64,000 nucleotides of DNA from a virus (Duplodnaviria > Caudoviricetes): IMG/VR virus record IMGVR_UViG_3300033068_001265, positions 28,517 through 92,516 of that record; one strand, written 5' to 3'. Shown one piece after another: positions 20,401 through 27,870 of this stretch (position 1 is the first letter of the stretch; every line of letters begins with the position of its first letter). Position numbers and translations under genes: made by a program. Below the pieces are notes generated by a model, which ran no database searches, had not been told where the DNA came from, and saw nothing but the letters and a program-made list of their open reading frames with translations.

Positions 20401-21895
20401 ACCAACTAAACAGCCGTTTCATCGTCAAACGAATTTGTTCAACATACTTTCGTTCCATTCCAGCAAAGTTCTCTGGTGCCAATGCTGTCTTTATATTCGG
20501 CAATGCTGTGCGGTACTGATTACTTCTAGTAGCTAGTCGCTCTATCCTTTCCTGCAAAGAAAGTTGCTCTCTGATAAGAGCTAAATCTGAAAAAACCCTT
20601 CGACTGGAGGAAGCAAGATTTGTGGAAGTTAAGCCGCTGCCTGATTGGTTCGTGACGGATGGATTTAAGTCCACCCTTAGGGGAGTAGGCTTTGATTGTA
20701 CCGCCTGAACAACTGAACGTGGCTGGGTTAAGACCCTTTGCGCCGCAAGAAAATCCGCCAAAGGCATTTGCGACGGTGGTGTCTGAACAGGCCGAGGCAG
20801 CCCCAGTGGAGCCTGGGCCGGTCGTGGTGCTGGCTGGGCGGGTCGGGGTAGTTCCCGTGAGACGGGAGCAATCTGTGGCTGACTGAACCTACGAATCTCG
20901 TTTCTCAGAGCGTTTGCATACGCATTCTGCGTAGCTGCAAGTTCCCTGGAGGCCCTGGATTCAGTGAAGGCACCCCTCGAACTAAGTGGATTGATCGGCT
21001 CAGGAACCCTGACCCGAACAGGCTCAACCGGAGCACTCGGTGTGGGTGGGGGTGACGGGGCGATCGCCGTGGCGGGAACTCGATGTTCACGCTCAACAAA
21101 TACAACCGTACGATTTGCTTGAGTATTTTGTCTAGTGACTGCTACTAGTGTTTGTAAACTGTTGTTTAGCTTGCCAAACTCAGAGGAGTTATCTACCGTA
21201 ACACCCGGACGAGATCCAACAACTAGAGACTGAAGAGTCTTGTTGACTTGGTTTAATTCCTGAGAACTACCCGAACTAGTTGTGGTGTTGCCCTGGCCCT
21301 GCCTGGAAATAGCCAGAATCGAACGTAAAGAAGTGTCAATGCTTCTTAGTTCAGTGATCCCAGAATCACGATTCCCAGTGCCCTGATTCTGTCGAGATAG
21401 AGCCAGAATAGACTGAAGGGTGTTCCCGACACGGCTCAGTTCACGGGAGGAATCAAAGCCACTAGTTGTACTTTGGATACCACGACTAGAAACCCGAGTT
21501 TGCGTAACAAGAGTCTGGAGCGCAGTTGTGATACCCCGCAACTCCCGAGAGGCGTCCATTCCTCTAGCGTTCTGCCTAGAGACAGCCAAAATGGACTGCA
21601 AAGAGGTGTTGATCCCCTTTAATTCAGCGAGAACGGGGGTGGATTGGGTGTTCTGCCGGGTAACCGCCAAAAGGGACTGCAAAGAGGTGTTGATCCCCTT
21701 GAGTTCCCGTCCTAGGTCGGGGCCACCAGCAGCACCAACAGCTTGAGAACGGGAACCAGCCCCAACCTGCACCTGGGCAGCAGAGGTAAGGATCCTACGT
21801 AACTCTTGTTCAAACTGTCTTGTTTGAGCGATGGCAGCGGAATAATCGACACCAACCCTAATGACGACATCTTCACCTGCCATACGCCCTCGCAA
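11447..21895 (-). CDS. tape measure protein, 3482 aa, with N-terminal cargo domains
   Basis: follows the tail chaperones; TP901-type core (VAQQKSGRSGTALAESFGRI) at about 15300-15990; Ala/Gly-rich hydrophobic segment and Ala/Gln coiled coil; likely start MAGEDVV at 21883. Confidence 0.92.
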   Translation of the reverse strand: MRGRMAGEDVVIRVGVDYSAAIAQTRQFEQELRRILTSAAQVQVGAGSRSQAVGAAGGPDLGRELKGINTSLQSLLAVTRQNTQSTPVLAELKGINTSLQSILAVSRQNARGMDASRELRGITTALQTLVTQTRVSSRGIQSTTSGFDSSRELSRVGNTLQSILALSRQNQGTGNRDSGITELRSIDTSLRSILAISRQGQGNTTTSSGSSQELNQVNKTLQSLVVGSRPGVTVDNSSEFGKLNNSLQTLVAVTRQNTQANRTVVFVEREHRVPATAIAPSPPPTPSAPVEPVRVRVPEPINPLSSRGAFTESRASRELAATQNAYANALRNEIRRFSQPQIAPVSRELPRPAQPAPRPAQAPLGLPRPVQTPPSQMPLADFLAAQRVLTQPRSVVQAVQSKPTPLRVDLNPSVTNQSGSGLTSTNLASSSRRVFSDLALIREQLSLQERIERLATRSNQYRTALPNIKTALAPENFAGMERKYVEQIRLTMKRLFSWFPEVAQDLSFVGTPTGARTAPINKTQQSAIRLHSAFSDEGVVAFNLGPTGTGGSSIVINPRDRYNTPFGSILRDFNLASSAGRVSGNLGATSVAVHEFGHTVDRVRSKDLNEEFFSENLTKRDPGLVEELLDRSVETISSYAATDPQELFAESFTQSLTGTPSGLGRAIYSVMNESLSNPSRRRAVLAAEANKFSGLTGIQSGWSEAIDLRREALGRILSPTAQAILSGNVQAMSLGRPILELGAGGSALDTRNEIERYGQARRTRRAIEAEMQSVLPSSGQPIAAGKDFWSRLSDREAAVLRFALDMKKSPTPGASSGVFKPDEIIPPTVRGPEYGPHFSESRPVIETTGRALAPLEAEFRRRDAARAQREQIQSQLRAQTEAQVKSIPASTTKTTTDIVAAQRDYIAGVRRATKAHEAEARSVLPSGDKPIAVGSGRHPGDYSFQEWMKRPDVYSHATMVEGFDQGPLTHFGNVDQSLALTRGRFGKPSDVGLTRRELLSDGFGVTNPRLYSRRIARGNLFPGGISDQAANDAHLLFAADKGQLGEVRKSVRDSVSSVADEIAGELDSWMDLAEEELLAYRQTNPAVDQAMSAFEGGQGVTYKNIGEGYGNSIVVPQTAVGTSYFEDVLASPNRPQELKDAIRAALGGEVPYSPYLPIHNAPVRLGDPATDYSLLQNHQIREMLGLESKASTALVLARNQYASEYRKATAQLRAATTLELPSTLGPIALGVGGAGAPPRKPPTNALGGGNWDDEFRRREIARQQREQMRRRLDAEAARTLRPVSETEMNAYKWRQGVIANTPPGAERTRRLLSGSPVGPDTPAPKALRYVSEEEMNAYKWRQGVINTVPPGALRTKYLLGKNGQAQFEADQAAARWRQNIMDIIPPGSTRTKYLLGKDPFNLGSLDLTKNSGSETPAARARFAADVGNFRRGLDVDWPFLDTGEGITRSEYAKSLRGNAKKGRLGSLDKELETAELLIDPTSALASIAEVKIRLAELRAQVTRPERLNFLETASASAKADQQYMLEGLDAADARANRIEARANRTISERALGAKSFEDLEDEDVYTPRKAAEDQVAAGRFHADTQKEIENDEELSASQMHSDVDAAEAKAHRQRLRDEEAIGRGRLDLVPLARRKQYAIGDEVTGALTDAESLKVAEARAKELSAAVRRSGLHDFRTPEGQTTLTGLLKEAEEARKFADSVAIPDGLSGERKLTAQRLIGEAAEELEFRKESPGPGSREDVAKAQKVRTTEEMGRRQDGVKALQDYHGVLKSEFSTLGMQTTELIRVGADTSGAKAKFRELLALLEKLEQEAATIDVKGLDSGSLKRLSQTREDIQKLRGGISPLGAQLFPQEPVTSPTYKDTRSGGRRFWDWMTTSDSRRGGGSGGSGGSGGGGGGGPIDPNDPFSFGSGEPPPKQLGRFSRVLARVRGAGGAASFFGTGALSTLRYGLPSMALYGAMGGISSGVREAQEFQFTMEKVKAQMEDTFGSGADPIFQSFKDNILDLSKTTGVQADVLASLGMQFQGAFSDQTIGNLSGQDLVESQLDAAAKLSVATKIPAAELTDGLTAASFGFDKTNEEIGNIALRLESLSGVTAKETIGFIGDVAPVGKEAGFSAEEFAALAAVAQQKSGRSGTALAESFGRIIPAISQAKTQLLQLAAADDALRTPEFVKALSDGSTKDVLFAMLKNFKGLTKESQDFITNLLGGRREAQTLLSVVDSRGQIEEYTKGAKNSEGVLQARFESAQKTLTNQMQRLRQEFNLLVASLFEGGLGEVFSGLITTVGLFVRALEGILKISGGINDFFGGLPGKILGVVAAVKLLSLASAFTGKHLAIAVGGNAATASGSSILPILAGKLAPTKLGGFMASRWAAGSAAAQGAGLGTFGRLFEGIRATRAAQATQAAQAAGMGSLGFLGQQAGAGTGAAAFGQQAAATGGAAAGARTLFAGGLTGLTAGAKGMATGVAGFLGISTAALGVGSVALAGLAVAYLAIRNGVNHQRKHAEEILKWASETDVSATELEALAKSRDSGPGNLARIGSFFTGERFLGDADIYRSVAFTKNISKDRLDAIGSLDSSAVNKALQDSLIEKPKFKKGTPEEAEASASARQDIREAQREALANLANGDFQKGEFGKGSLAAQIFGRGTGITAVRTQLKTFTGLFGGNQTGKAEDALKKRVAKMAGVDDIKDVTEEVSKAFGGKNPYGDLQEIATSYSTKYTEDDKRQALSILEAAERDPEVIKASQKARTQLEVARKSQTLETITKNRDTGVISFSQYEEAATRNLNNMREMLREQKDPSDQTLQMFFSGLAEFNKAVSAKAMAFAQMSLADAELSGFDTPLDAATAKLETYTKLLKSGKVTDPESRRQLVTSAVQARKEAQIEMAKQADPETARAILAQQIEIDPNTNVSNVIGTIGSVTGNWNRWSSQFNQATGSSGGAFIGGLVRGQQAGQLTPEQVTAQLEAKQREFDAERKNLERRGRGDTKQAQDLKGASAGIQDILDATEINGGKLPGYLDPAKIEAAQARQINDANAQAMGALAKARAGNNSVAGALADLAVARQMRANAEGSSFAEETQAEARVVDAENQLKKILAEKTKATMAVVKAQAMARKDSVGAALADVAQADIDYKTAIETTGSADSPEAKQAQANKITALAAIRDAQIAKIVDSMQLKKLNSKGDSVQDAVINLDIARFKANNAIGDEKPQALLDLQAAEKAARDSLIARYKALRELEKAKQNDPVAGANTDLQTAQTLLSAAQNEDEKIDAQRQLIEAERALQQAMSDVRDSKYDLRAAELAAMGDDVGSAQVQAQKARAQLQEALGLAAQGKGGGEAELNRLRAAVASADKSASDAAFNDRLDDYRFMYEMGTLTKMEYVNYLEGLKSTLIPGTKQFKDLELTIKQLKDDISGGLQMNLPTSLALPTLYEVRRLNQSVGADGQAAGYNDNRVVTITLNINNGADQAEMINVLNQALGTGTSGRDPRLY
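17700..18050 (-). repeat. three imperfect repeats (EMNAYKWRQGVI..PPG..RTKYLLG) inside the tape measure
   Basis: visible in both translation and DNA. Confidence 0.85.
21120..21720 (-). repeat. seven imperfect protein repeats (ELxxIxTSLQS[IL]LA[VL]SRQN) at the tape measure N-terminus
   Basis: visible in the translation; the DNA string GGACTGCAAAGAGGTGTTGATCCCCTT occurs twice (about 21593 and 21674). Confidence 0.85.
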
Positions 21896-21951
21896 TCCTC
21901 AGAACCTCAAGGAAATAACGACTAAATGGCACTCTCGGGGGTGAGTGTTAT

Positions 21952-22293
21952 TTAGTCAAAAAATCTAGAGGCATAAGCATTATCTAAATTAGAAGAAGGA
22001 TCTGCATACTCCTCGTCATTCTCAAATTCAGAACTGCCATACTTCACTTCACGTTTAGACTTAATTATCTCGAAATGGGTTTCTAATTCCCAATCAAGAT
22101 GCCACATCCATTTAGGTGGCATCTCATCTTCTGTAAGATTTTCCTGCCAGTTGACTATTCTCAAAGCATGATCTATTGCAAAAAATAGATCGACGGGAAT
22201 ATCCTCTAAGGTGAATTCACCAAATAAATCCCCCCCCGATCTAGCAACGCTCACTCCTCTGAGGAATTGGGCGTCTCCTCCGAGTCTTTTCCC
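21952..22293 (-). CDS. tail assembly chaperone, -1 frameshift extension (GT part)
   Basis: -1 frame is open from the slippery site (GKRLGGDAQFLRGVSVARSGG...) into ORF 21952-22254. Confidence 0.85.
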   Translation of the reverse strand, partial: GKRLGGDAQFLRGVSVARSGGDLFGEFTLEDIPVDLFFAIDHALRIVNWQENLTEDEMPPKWMWHLDWELETHFEIIKSKREVKYGSSEFENDEEYADPSSNLDNAYASRFFD

Positions 22294-23069
22294 TCTGTCA
22301 CGTCGACAGAAAGATCTAAGAACTCCTGTAAGAGTCGAGCAAATACATCCGAGTCAACCATGTCAACTTCTTCACGGGACTCGAAATAACGCTCCTTGTG
22401 GTTATCGTCATAGCGCACGGCATAGAAAACCTGCCACTTACGAAACTCATTCATCCAAGCAAAATCAGCCTCGGTGGAGATCAGAAGATCCACAGCCTTG
22501 GTCTGCATTTCCTCAATGGACTCACCCTCATAACCAGAAGCAAGAGCTTCACGCTCCTCAGCAACGGCTTCCTCGACCTCTTCAGCAAACTTCTTCAGTT
22601 CATTGAAGGTCTGAAGAGCATCCTCGTCCTCTTCGTCTCGCAGGTAACGTTCTTGATGCTCCTTGTTCCAAAGATCTTGGAGGCCCTGAAGGTAATCATC
22701 CTTCGCCCAAGGATCCTCAGCAGCAAGACGAGCCTCAGCAGACTGTTCAGCCTCATACATCTTGGGGGAAATCAGGTAGTTAACCAGTGTTTCCCGGTCA
22801 TCTCCACCCATCTCGACAAGTTGATCAAACATCCGCATCTTCTCAGTGGAATCAGCAGGAAGATTGCGAGTTCTCAGAACCCGTGCCCGCTCAGCGGCAG
22901 CCTCATCAGCAGCATTCCGCTGTTCGATCGGGGAAATCTTTGAAACCCATACGGTGATCGGGTCCTCACCCTCAGCACCATCATCGAAAGTAAGTTCCTT
23001 ACCAACAACATACAAGTCAGAAAGCCGACGGCGCTTTGGTGCTCGAACGGCTGTGGTTGCTTTAGCCAT
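22251..23069 (-). CDS. tail assembly chaperone (G part)
   Basis: acidic helical protein between tail tube and tape measure; start MAKATT at 23069 after GGAG. Confidence 0.85.
   Translation of the reverse strand: MAKATTAVRAPKRRRLSDLYVVGKELTFDDGAEGEDPITVWVSKISPIEQRNAADEAAAERARVLRTRNLPADSTEKMRMFDQLVEMGGDDRETLVNYLISPKMYEAEQSAEARLAAEDPWAKDDYLQGLQDLWNKEHQERYLRDEEDEDALQTFNELKKFAEEVEEAVAEEREALASGYEGESIEEMQTKAVDLLISTEADFAWMNEFRKWQVFYAVRYDDNHKERYFESREEVDMVDSDVFARLLQEFLDLSVDVTEGKDSEETPNSSEE
22287..22293 (-). other. -1 ribosomal frameshift slippery site G GGA AAA
   Basis: X XXY YYZ heptamer near the chaperone 3' end, in the correct frame. Confidence 0.88.
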
Positions 23070-23145
23070 AATCTCATCTCCTAGAATCCATAATCCGATT
23101 TGCTCTGATACTAGCAAACCATCTTGTACCCAAAACCTATGAACT

Positions 23146-23180
23146 TGGGGGAGGGCTAATCCCTTGTAGCCCTCCCCCCA
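23146..23180 (-). terminator. hairpin after the major tail gene
   Basis: GGGGGAGGGCTA-loop-TAGCCCTCCCCC; weak U tract. Confidence 0.65.
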
Positions 23181-23193
23181 TATCCTAACTTGA

Positions 23194-24450
23194 TCAGGCG
23201 TTAGCACCGCCCGGACCATTACCGTTGTAAACCTTCATGACACCGGTATCAGAGGTGAAGTTGAAGGTGTTTTCCAGCTTCGTCTGAACCCGACCTTGGA
23301 GACCTGGGACCTGGAACCGAGCATCAGGAACGTAGATGGTCTTTAGGCGAGCACCGGTATCGGGATGATTGATTCGAACCTCCAGCGGCACTGGGGTGGT
23401 CAATTCTGGACCGATGACCTCAGTGCTGGGAACACCAGTGATCTGTGACAGCTTGTAGAACAGATCAGCAGGATCAAATGGCTTGATTCCAATCTGGCCG
23501 GTTACATCTGGAACGTCGTAGTCCGAAACCACGTAGTGGGGGTTGCCGAACTCTTCATCGTTTTCAAGAGTCACGGACCAATCAATCTGTGCTGACTGAA
23601 CAGAGTTCAGCCGACTCCAAACTGGGGTGGCTGCGGCGGTCCCAATGAACACGTCGATGTCCTTAGGACGAACAGCAGCGGGCTTGATCGACACGTTCTG
23701 ATGCACTGCATTCCCGTTGGGGTTATTTCCAGTTTGAGTGTAGGAACCCATCGTGGCGGACGAAGACCAAACAATCCGAACCTTGTCATAGGTAGCTGAC
23801 TCATCCACTGCCAGAGTTACAGTAGTCGCAGTATTGGTGTAGCCGGTCTGAGCATCGAAGAACAGCCGCTTGTAGGCTCCAGTGGTGGAGTCAACCAAGA
23901 CAACACAGAGGGCGTAAAGGTTATTCGAACCCTCGGTGTACACATCAGCAGTCATACCAAAAGCGTACGGACCAGTGCCGGTGTTAGTGAATTCCTTGTA
24001 GTAAGGCTGACCTTGGGTGTAATAGATTGAGTCACCCTTCAGGGTGAATTCCTGTGATGCATTCTGGCGCAGACCGTAAGTGTAGCTTGCCCGCTCAAGA
24101 GTCAAATAAGGAACGGCAACACCCTTGACGATGTCGAAATCGCCACGACGAGACTTGAACGGTGAAATGACGTCAATCGGCACATGCTGAGAGAAGTCGA
24201 TCATCTCATTGGCTACGAGAGAACCGGGGGCCTTGCCAACAAGTAGCGCCTCAAACTCACAGGAAACATCGAAGCTCTGAAGCGAGAAAGTTAGATCGGG
24301 GATATCCCGAACGGTCGCCAGAGTTTCGAAGTTACCAAGCTCGTAGACCTTTTCCTCTGGAATGTTCAGAGCGCCGGGACCGGCAGTCTGAATACGGTCT
24401 ACGACGTAACCGTTTACGTCATGTAGAATCTGTGAACCACGAATAGACAT
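23194..24450 (-). CDS. major tail (tube) protein
   Basis: strong RBS AGGAGG; EKVYELGN motif; upstream of the chaperones; downstream hairpin. Confidence 0.8.
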   Translation of the reverse strand: MSIRGSQILHDVNGYVVDRIQTAGPGALNIPEEKVYELGNFETLATVRDIPDLTFSLQSFDVSCEFEALLVGKAPGSLVANEMIDFSQHVPIDVISPFKSRRGDFDIVKGVAVPYLTLERASYTYGLRQNASQEFTLKGDSIYYTQGQPYYKEFTNTGTGPYAFGMTADVYTEGSNNLYALCVVLVDSTTGAYKRLFFDAQTGYTNTATTVTLAVDESATYDKVRIVWSSSATMGSYTQTGNNPNGNAVHQNVSIKPAAVRPKDIDVFIGTAAATPVWSRLNSVQSAQIDWSVTLENDEEFGNPHYVVSDYDVPDVTGQIGIKPFDPADLFYKLSQITGVPSTEVIGPELTTPVPLEVRINHPDTGARLKTIYVPDARFQVPGLQGRVQTKLENTFNFTSDTGVMKVYNGNGPGGANA

Positions 24451-24588
24451 ATGTGGTAATCCTCCTAGGTAGAGTAGTCAGTTGTATTCTCTTGCTTCCA
24501 ACTACCCGGAGGCAGTGTGTAAAATCCTATACACACCTATACCTGTGTGTATCCTACCAATACAACGGTAGAACACCCACTAAATCAA

Positions 24589-25407
24589 TTACTTCATCTT
24601 ACGAATAGCCTCGTCAAACCAATCCCTTGTTAGCTTGGTAACAGCAGGTCCATAATTCTCATTGATGTGGCGCGCTCCGGCCTCAAAGAATCGAGCACCC
24701 TTAATGCCCCTAGACTCTCTCCTTCCCCCGAAGATAGACGTAGGAGTATTTTTGGTAACACGCTTTAATTTAACACCTCTCCTCATAATATACATAGCGT
24801 CCGAACCCCTAGCTTCTTTACTAGGCATAACGCCCCTAAGTTTCCCGCCTATGCTGCTCTCTATAAAATCGCTAGAGAAGAAGGCCCCCTTAGGAATGAA
24901 AAAAGCTCCAGAGGGTGGATAATCTGAAAGATCAATCCTGAGAGGGATAGCTCGGTTGAAAAACTTCATCGACCCCTGAGCGGGTTTCCTTCCCTGTGGC
25001 CGAGGGTATGTACCGAAGTTCAGTCGGTACCACTGGGGGGCCGTTTTGTCAAGAAACTCCACATCACCAAAATAAATCCCATTATGGTCAGAATCCATAA
25101 ACTTTGAGGAGGCCAAGGCTTTCTTCATTCTTTCACCAGAATACCGCCTCCACTTTCCTCGGTCATTCTGTCGATAAGAGGGGCGTTTCCCTACCTTTTC
25201 AGCATAGACCCTCTGAACTTCCCTTTGAGCACCACGCCCAATTCGTTCGTTCACCTCAGCCATACCAGCACGACGAGTAGCTGATTGACGCCAGTTCTGG
25301 GAAAACCGCTTAAAAGCCTCAGAAACCTGAATGTTAGTTTGGTTCAATACCTGCTGGATGATGGCATCAGTATTTAGAATGAAGTTAAATTCATTACCCA
25401 TGCACAC
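24589..25407 (-). CDS. basic neck/tail-completion-like protein
   Basis: Arg/Lys-rich; C-terminal RGIKGARFFEAG resembles HK97 gp10-like proteins; position. Confidence 0.5.
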   Translation of the reverse strand: MCMGNEFNFILNTDAIIQQVLNQTNIQVSEAFKRFSQNWRQSATRRAGMAEVNERIGRGAQREVQRVYAEKVGKRPSYRQNDRGKWRRYSGERMKKALASSKFMDSDHNGIYFGDVEFLDKTAPQWYRLNFGTYPRPQGRKPAQGSMKFFNRAIPLRIDLSDYPPSGAFFIPKGAFFSSDFIESSIGGKLRGVMPSKEARGSDAMYIMRRGVKLKRVTKNTPTSIFGGRRESRGIKGARFFEAGARHINENYGPAVTKLTRDWFDEAIRKMK

Positions 25408-25426
25408 CCCCTAAGTGAATTACGCT

Positions 25427-25684
25427 TTATTCACTGTCCTCATCATAAGCTACAGCGTCATAGATTTCATCAAGTCTACGCATAAACTCTTCGTTATATA
25501 CAGATTCAGACCCAAGTAAATCAAACGCTAAATCTACAACGTCATTAAAATGATACAGAATCTGATCCCGGAGCTTGGCAGAAGTCTTCTCGTCCAAAAA
25601 TCTATCCACTTCACGTTCCTTGAAGCCCAGCAACGTAGCCAAAGCCCGATCCCGTCGCTTACCTAAAAAAGTCCTGTTATCCAT
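25427..25684 (-). CDS. hypothetical protein
   Basis: GAGGAG RBS; operon packing. Confidence 0.6.
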   Translation of the reverse strand: MDNRTFLGKRRDRALATLLGFKEREVDRFLDEKTSAKLRDQILYHFNDVVDLAFDLLGSESVYNEEFMRRLDEIYDAVAYDEDSE

Positions 25685-26840
25685 CTACGTACTCCTCGTA
25701 TCTCCTGTACTCCGAAACGCCCCTATCCCAATCAGAGTAAAACCCTTCATTCCATAAAGTGAACAATTGTTCGAAAAATGCTTGGAACTGCCATCTGACC
25801 CGGTCTGTGGAAAACCTTGATCTCGCCCGCTTGGCGATATTCGAGAAATCGAGATTTCCCACGTTCCTAGCAGCCCAAACAGCCTCACCAAGAGTATTAA
25901 ACCTGAACCCATCCACACCATGTTCAATGGTTGTAGGGAACACCCCAAAATCTGATGCAATAACAGGAGTCCCACACATCAGGGATTCAATGCTAACCCC
26001 CCCAAATGGCTCTAGGTAAGTCGTAGGGACAAAGGTTGCCCTAGCACGGCCCATTAATTCAGCACGCTCTACGGGGCCTACGGAGCCTATGTGAATGATG
26101 TGATCACCCTCATACACTGCCCCATCCTCTGCCACGATCCTCCCAAGCGACTGTTCTGCAACCCCCTGACCGGCCATGATCAGTTTGACCCCAATCCTAC
26201 GAGTTGCTTCTACCGCAATCTCTGGGCCTTTACGTTGGATCAATCTACCTATAAAGAAGAAGTAGTCATCCTTCTCCAACTGGACCGGGAACTCTACCGG
26301 ATCAAAGTAATTTGGAATCACTGAATCAAAAAAGTGACCGTTGTCATCATGCTGTAGCCCGTACACGTAATGCTGGTGAGGCACAGATTCAAACACTCGG
26401 TACTTAGTGCAAGTCCCTGTGTATCCAATAAATGGCTCCACTGAAAGATGCTCTGGGAAGGCGTCAGCTACCTCTTTCTGAGCAACACCCGCTGCGATCA
26501 GAATGAAATCTCTAGGTTGGATGCGCTTTCCAATCTCTTCAATGGTGCGGCGATTCGTTTCTTTCCAATGAATATCATTAGGGTCCCAGGTGATATTGAA
26601 AAAAGTTTTTCGCCAATCGTAATCACCAAACCACGCCGTTTGATCCTCTTTGGAGGCAACAACGATATGTTCGGTTACCTCGGCTTCGTTCTCAGGACCA
26701 GCGTACAGAAACACCTCGTGGCCCAAAGAGGTCATCATGTCAGCAAAGCGCCGAACCTTGGTAGTATAAGCGCACAGTGAAAACTCTTTAGTTGTAGACG
26801 TGTGCGGCAACGAGAGAAGATGGAACCTAAATTTCTCCAT
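25677..26840 (-). CDS. glycosyltransferase family 4 (GT-B)
   Basis: FIGRLIQRKG, EPFGGVSIESLMCGTPVIASD. Confidence 0.92.
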   Translation of the reverse strand: MEKFRFHLLSLPHTSTTKEFSLCAYTTKVRRFADMMTSLGHEVFLYAGPENEAEVTEHIVVASKEDQTAWFGDYDWRKTFFNITWDPNDIHWKETNRRTIEEIGKRIQPRDFILIAAGVAQKEVADAFPEHLSVEPFIGYTGTCTKYRVFESVPHQHYVYGLQHDDNGHFFDSVIPNYFDPVEFPVQLEKDDYFFFIGRLIQRKGPEIAVEATRRIGVKLIMAGQGVAEQSLGRIVAEDGAVYEGDHIIHIGSVGPVERAELMGRARATFVPTTYLEPFGGVSIESLMCGTPVIASDFGVFPTTIEHGVDGFRFNTLGEAVWAARNVGNLDFSNIAKRARSRFSTDRVRWQFQAFFEQLFTLWNEGFYSDWDRGVSEYRRYEEYVDG

Positions 26841-26866
26841 GTTCGATTAAGCTCTCTAGGTCTCTT

Positions 26867-27388
26867 CTAGTCTAAGTCAGATTGATATGCGTGAGTTAAA
26901 ACACACCCAACGCTATACCAGTACTTCTTGTATTCGTTAGAGAATTCTCGCTCTCTGCGTAATTCAACTTCATCAATCTGAACAGTGAAAAGTTCTATGG
27001 GGGTGGCTGACTGCACAGAAAGATCATAGACCTTAAAGGAAGGTGAGTCGCGATTTATCGCTGTCATTCGTCCTTCTAAAAGGTCTTTAATATCCCCAGC
27101 TAAATCAATTCCAACAGATCGAGACTCAGCATAGATGTCCACATACATCTGATATGAGTGTTCACTTAAATGCGAACCTAGCTCAATGTCCTCGCTGTTT
27201 ATGTTCTCATCAGACACAGCGATGGTATTTGGTGGAATAATCTGATTGTCCTCGATGGGCTCAGGGGTCATCTGAACTGGCTGATGTCTGCGCCCGGTAC
27301 CGAACCAACCCTTAGCATCTAAGGCGTCGTGAATCATGTTATAGAAATTATCATTCACCAGCCGATGGAGTTTACCGCCAGTATACAT
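26867..27388 (-). CDS. putative tail terminator
   Basis: IELG...YVDIYAES...LAGDIKDLL pattern; position. Confidence 0.6.
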   Translation of the reverse strand: MYTGGKLHRLVNDNFYNMIHDALDAKGWFGTGRRHQPVQMTPEPIEDNQIIPPNTIAVSDENINSEDIELGSHLSEHSYQMYVDIYAESRSVGIDLAGDIKDLLEGRMTAINRDSPSFKVYDLSVQSATPIELFTVQIDEVELRREREFSNEYKKYWYSVGCVLTHAYQSDLD

Positions 27389-27393
27389 TACGA

Positions 27394-27870
27394 TCAGCTT
27401 TCATCTAGCGATGTGCAAACAGCGCTATGAACCGTAACTTCAAACAACCCAACTGGGGCTTCCCAGTAGTCAATATTGTATAAAGCCCCTTCGATACGAA
27501 CCTTATCTGCTGTATCCACCTGATCATAGAACTCATCCATAACCGTGAGCCTAATCTTCAGGTGGTTGAAAGAACCCAAAGCCGTCCCATCCACTAGAGA
27601 CCCACGAGACAACTTTTCCACGGCCACAGGAATCTGCACCTCAGGCAGAGCCACTGTGGTTGTAGGTGTAGCTGTCCAATCATAGGGGTCCCCAGCAGGG
27701 TCTGGGACGGGAAAAGTATTGTCGACATCCCAGACAAAGGTCACCGCTTCAGTGGAATCTGAGGGCATACTCATCTGCATGGTGGACTTAATTGCTGAAC
27801 GAAACAGGTCAGCATTAAAATCAGTTCCGAAAGTGGTATCGGTGGGGGTAGCCATTAGTAAGCTACCCAA
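27394..27870 (-). CDS. putative head-tail stopper
   Basis: beta-rich (DKVRIEGALYNI); position. Confidence 0.55.
   Translation of the reverse strand: MGSLLMATPTDTTFGTDFNADLFRSAIKSTMQMSMPSDSTEAVTFVWDVDNTFPVPDPAGDPYDWTATPTTTVALPEVQIPVAVEKLSRGSLVDGTALGSFNHLKIRLTVMDEFYDQVDTADKVRIEGALYNIDYWEAPVGLFEVTVHSAVCTSLDES

Noticed and set aside
11971-21746. Many plus-strand ORFs opposite the tape measure and other long genes
   Set aside because: Antisense shadow frames with no RBS or recognisable motifs.
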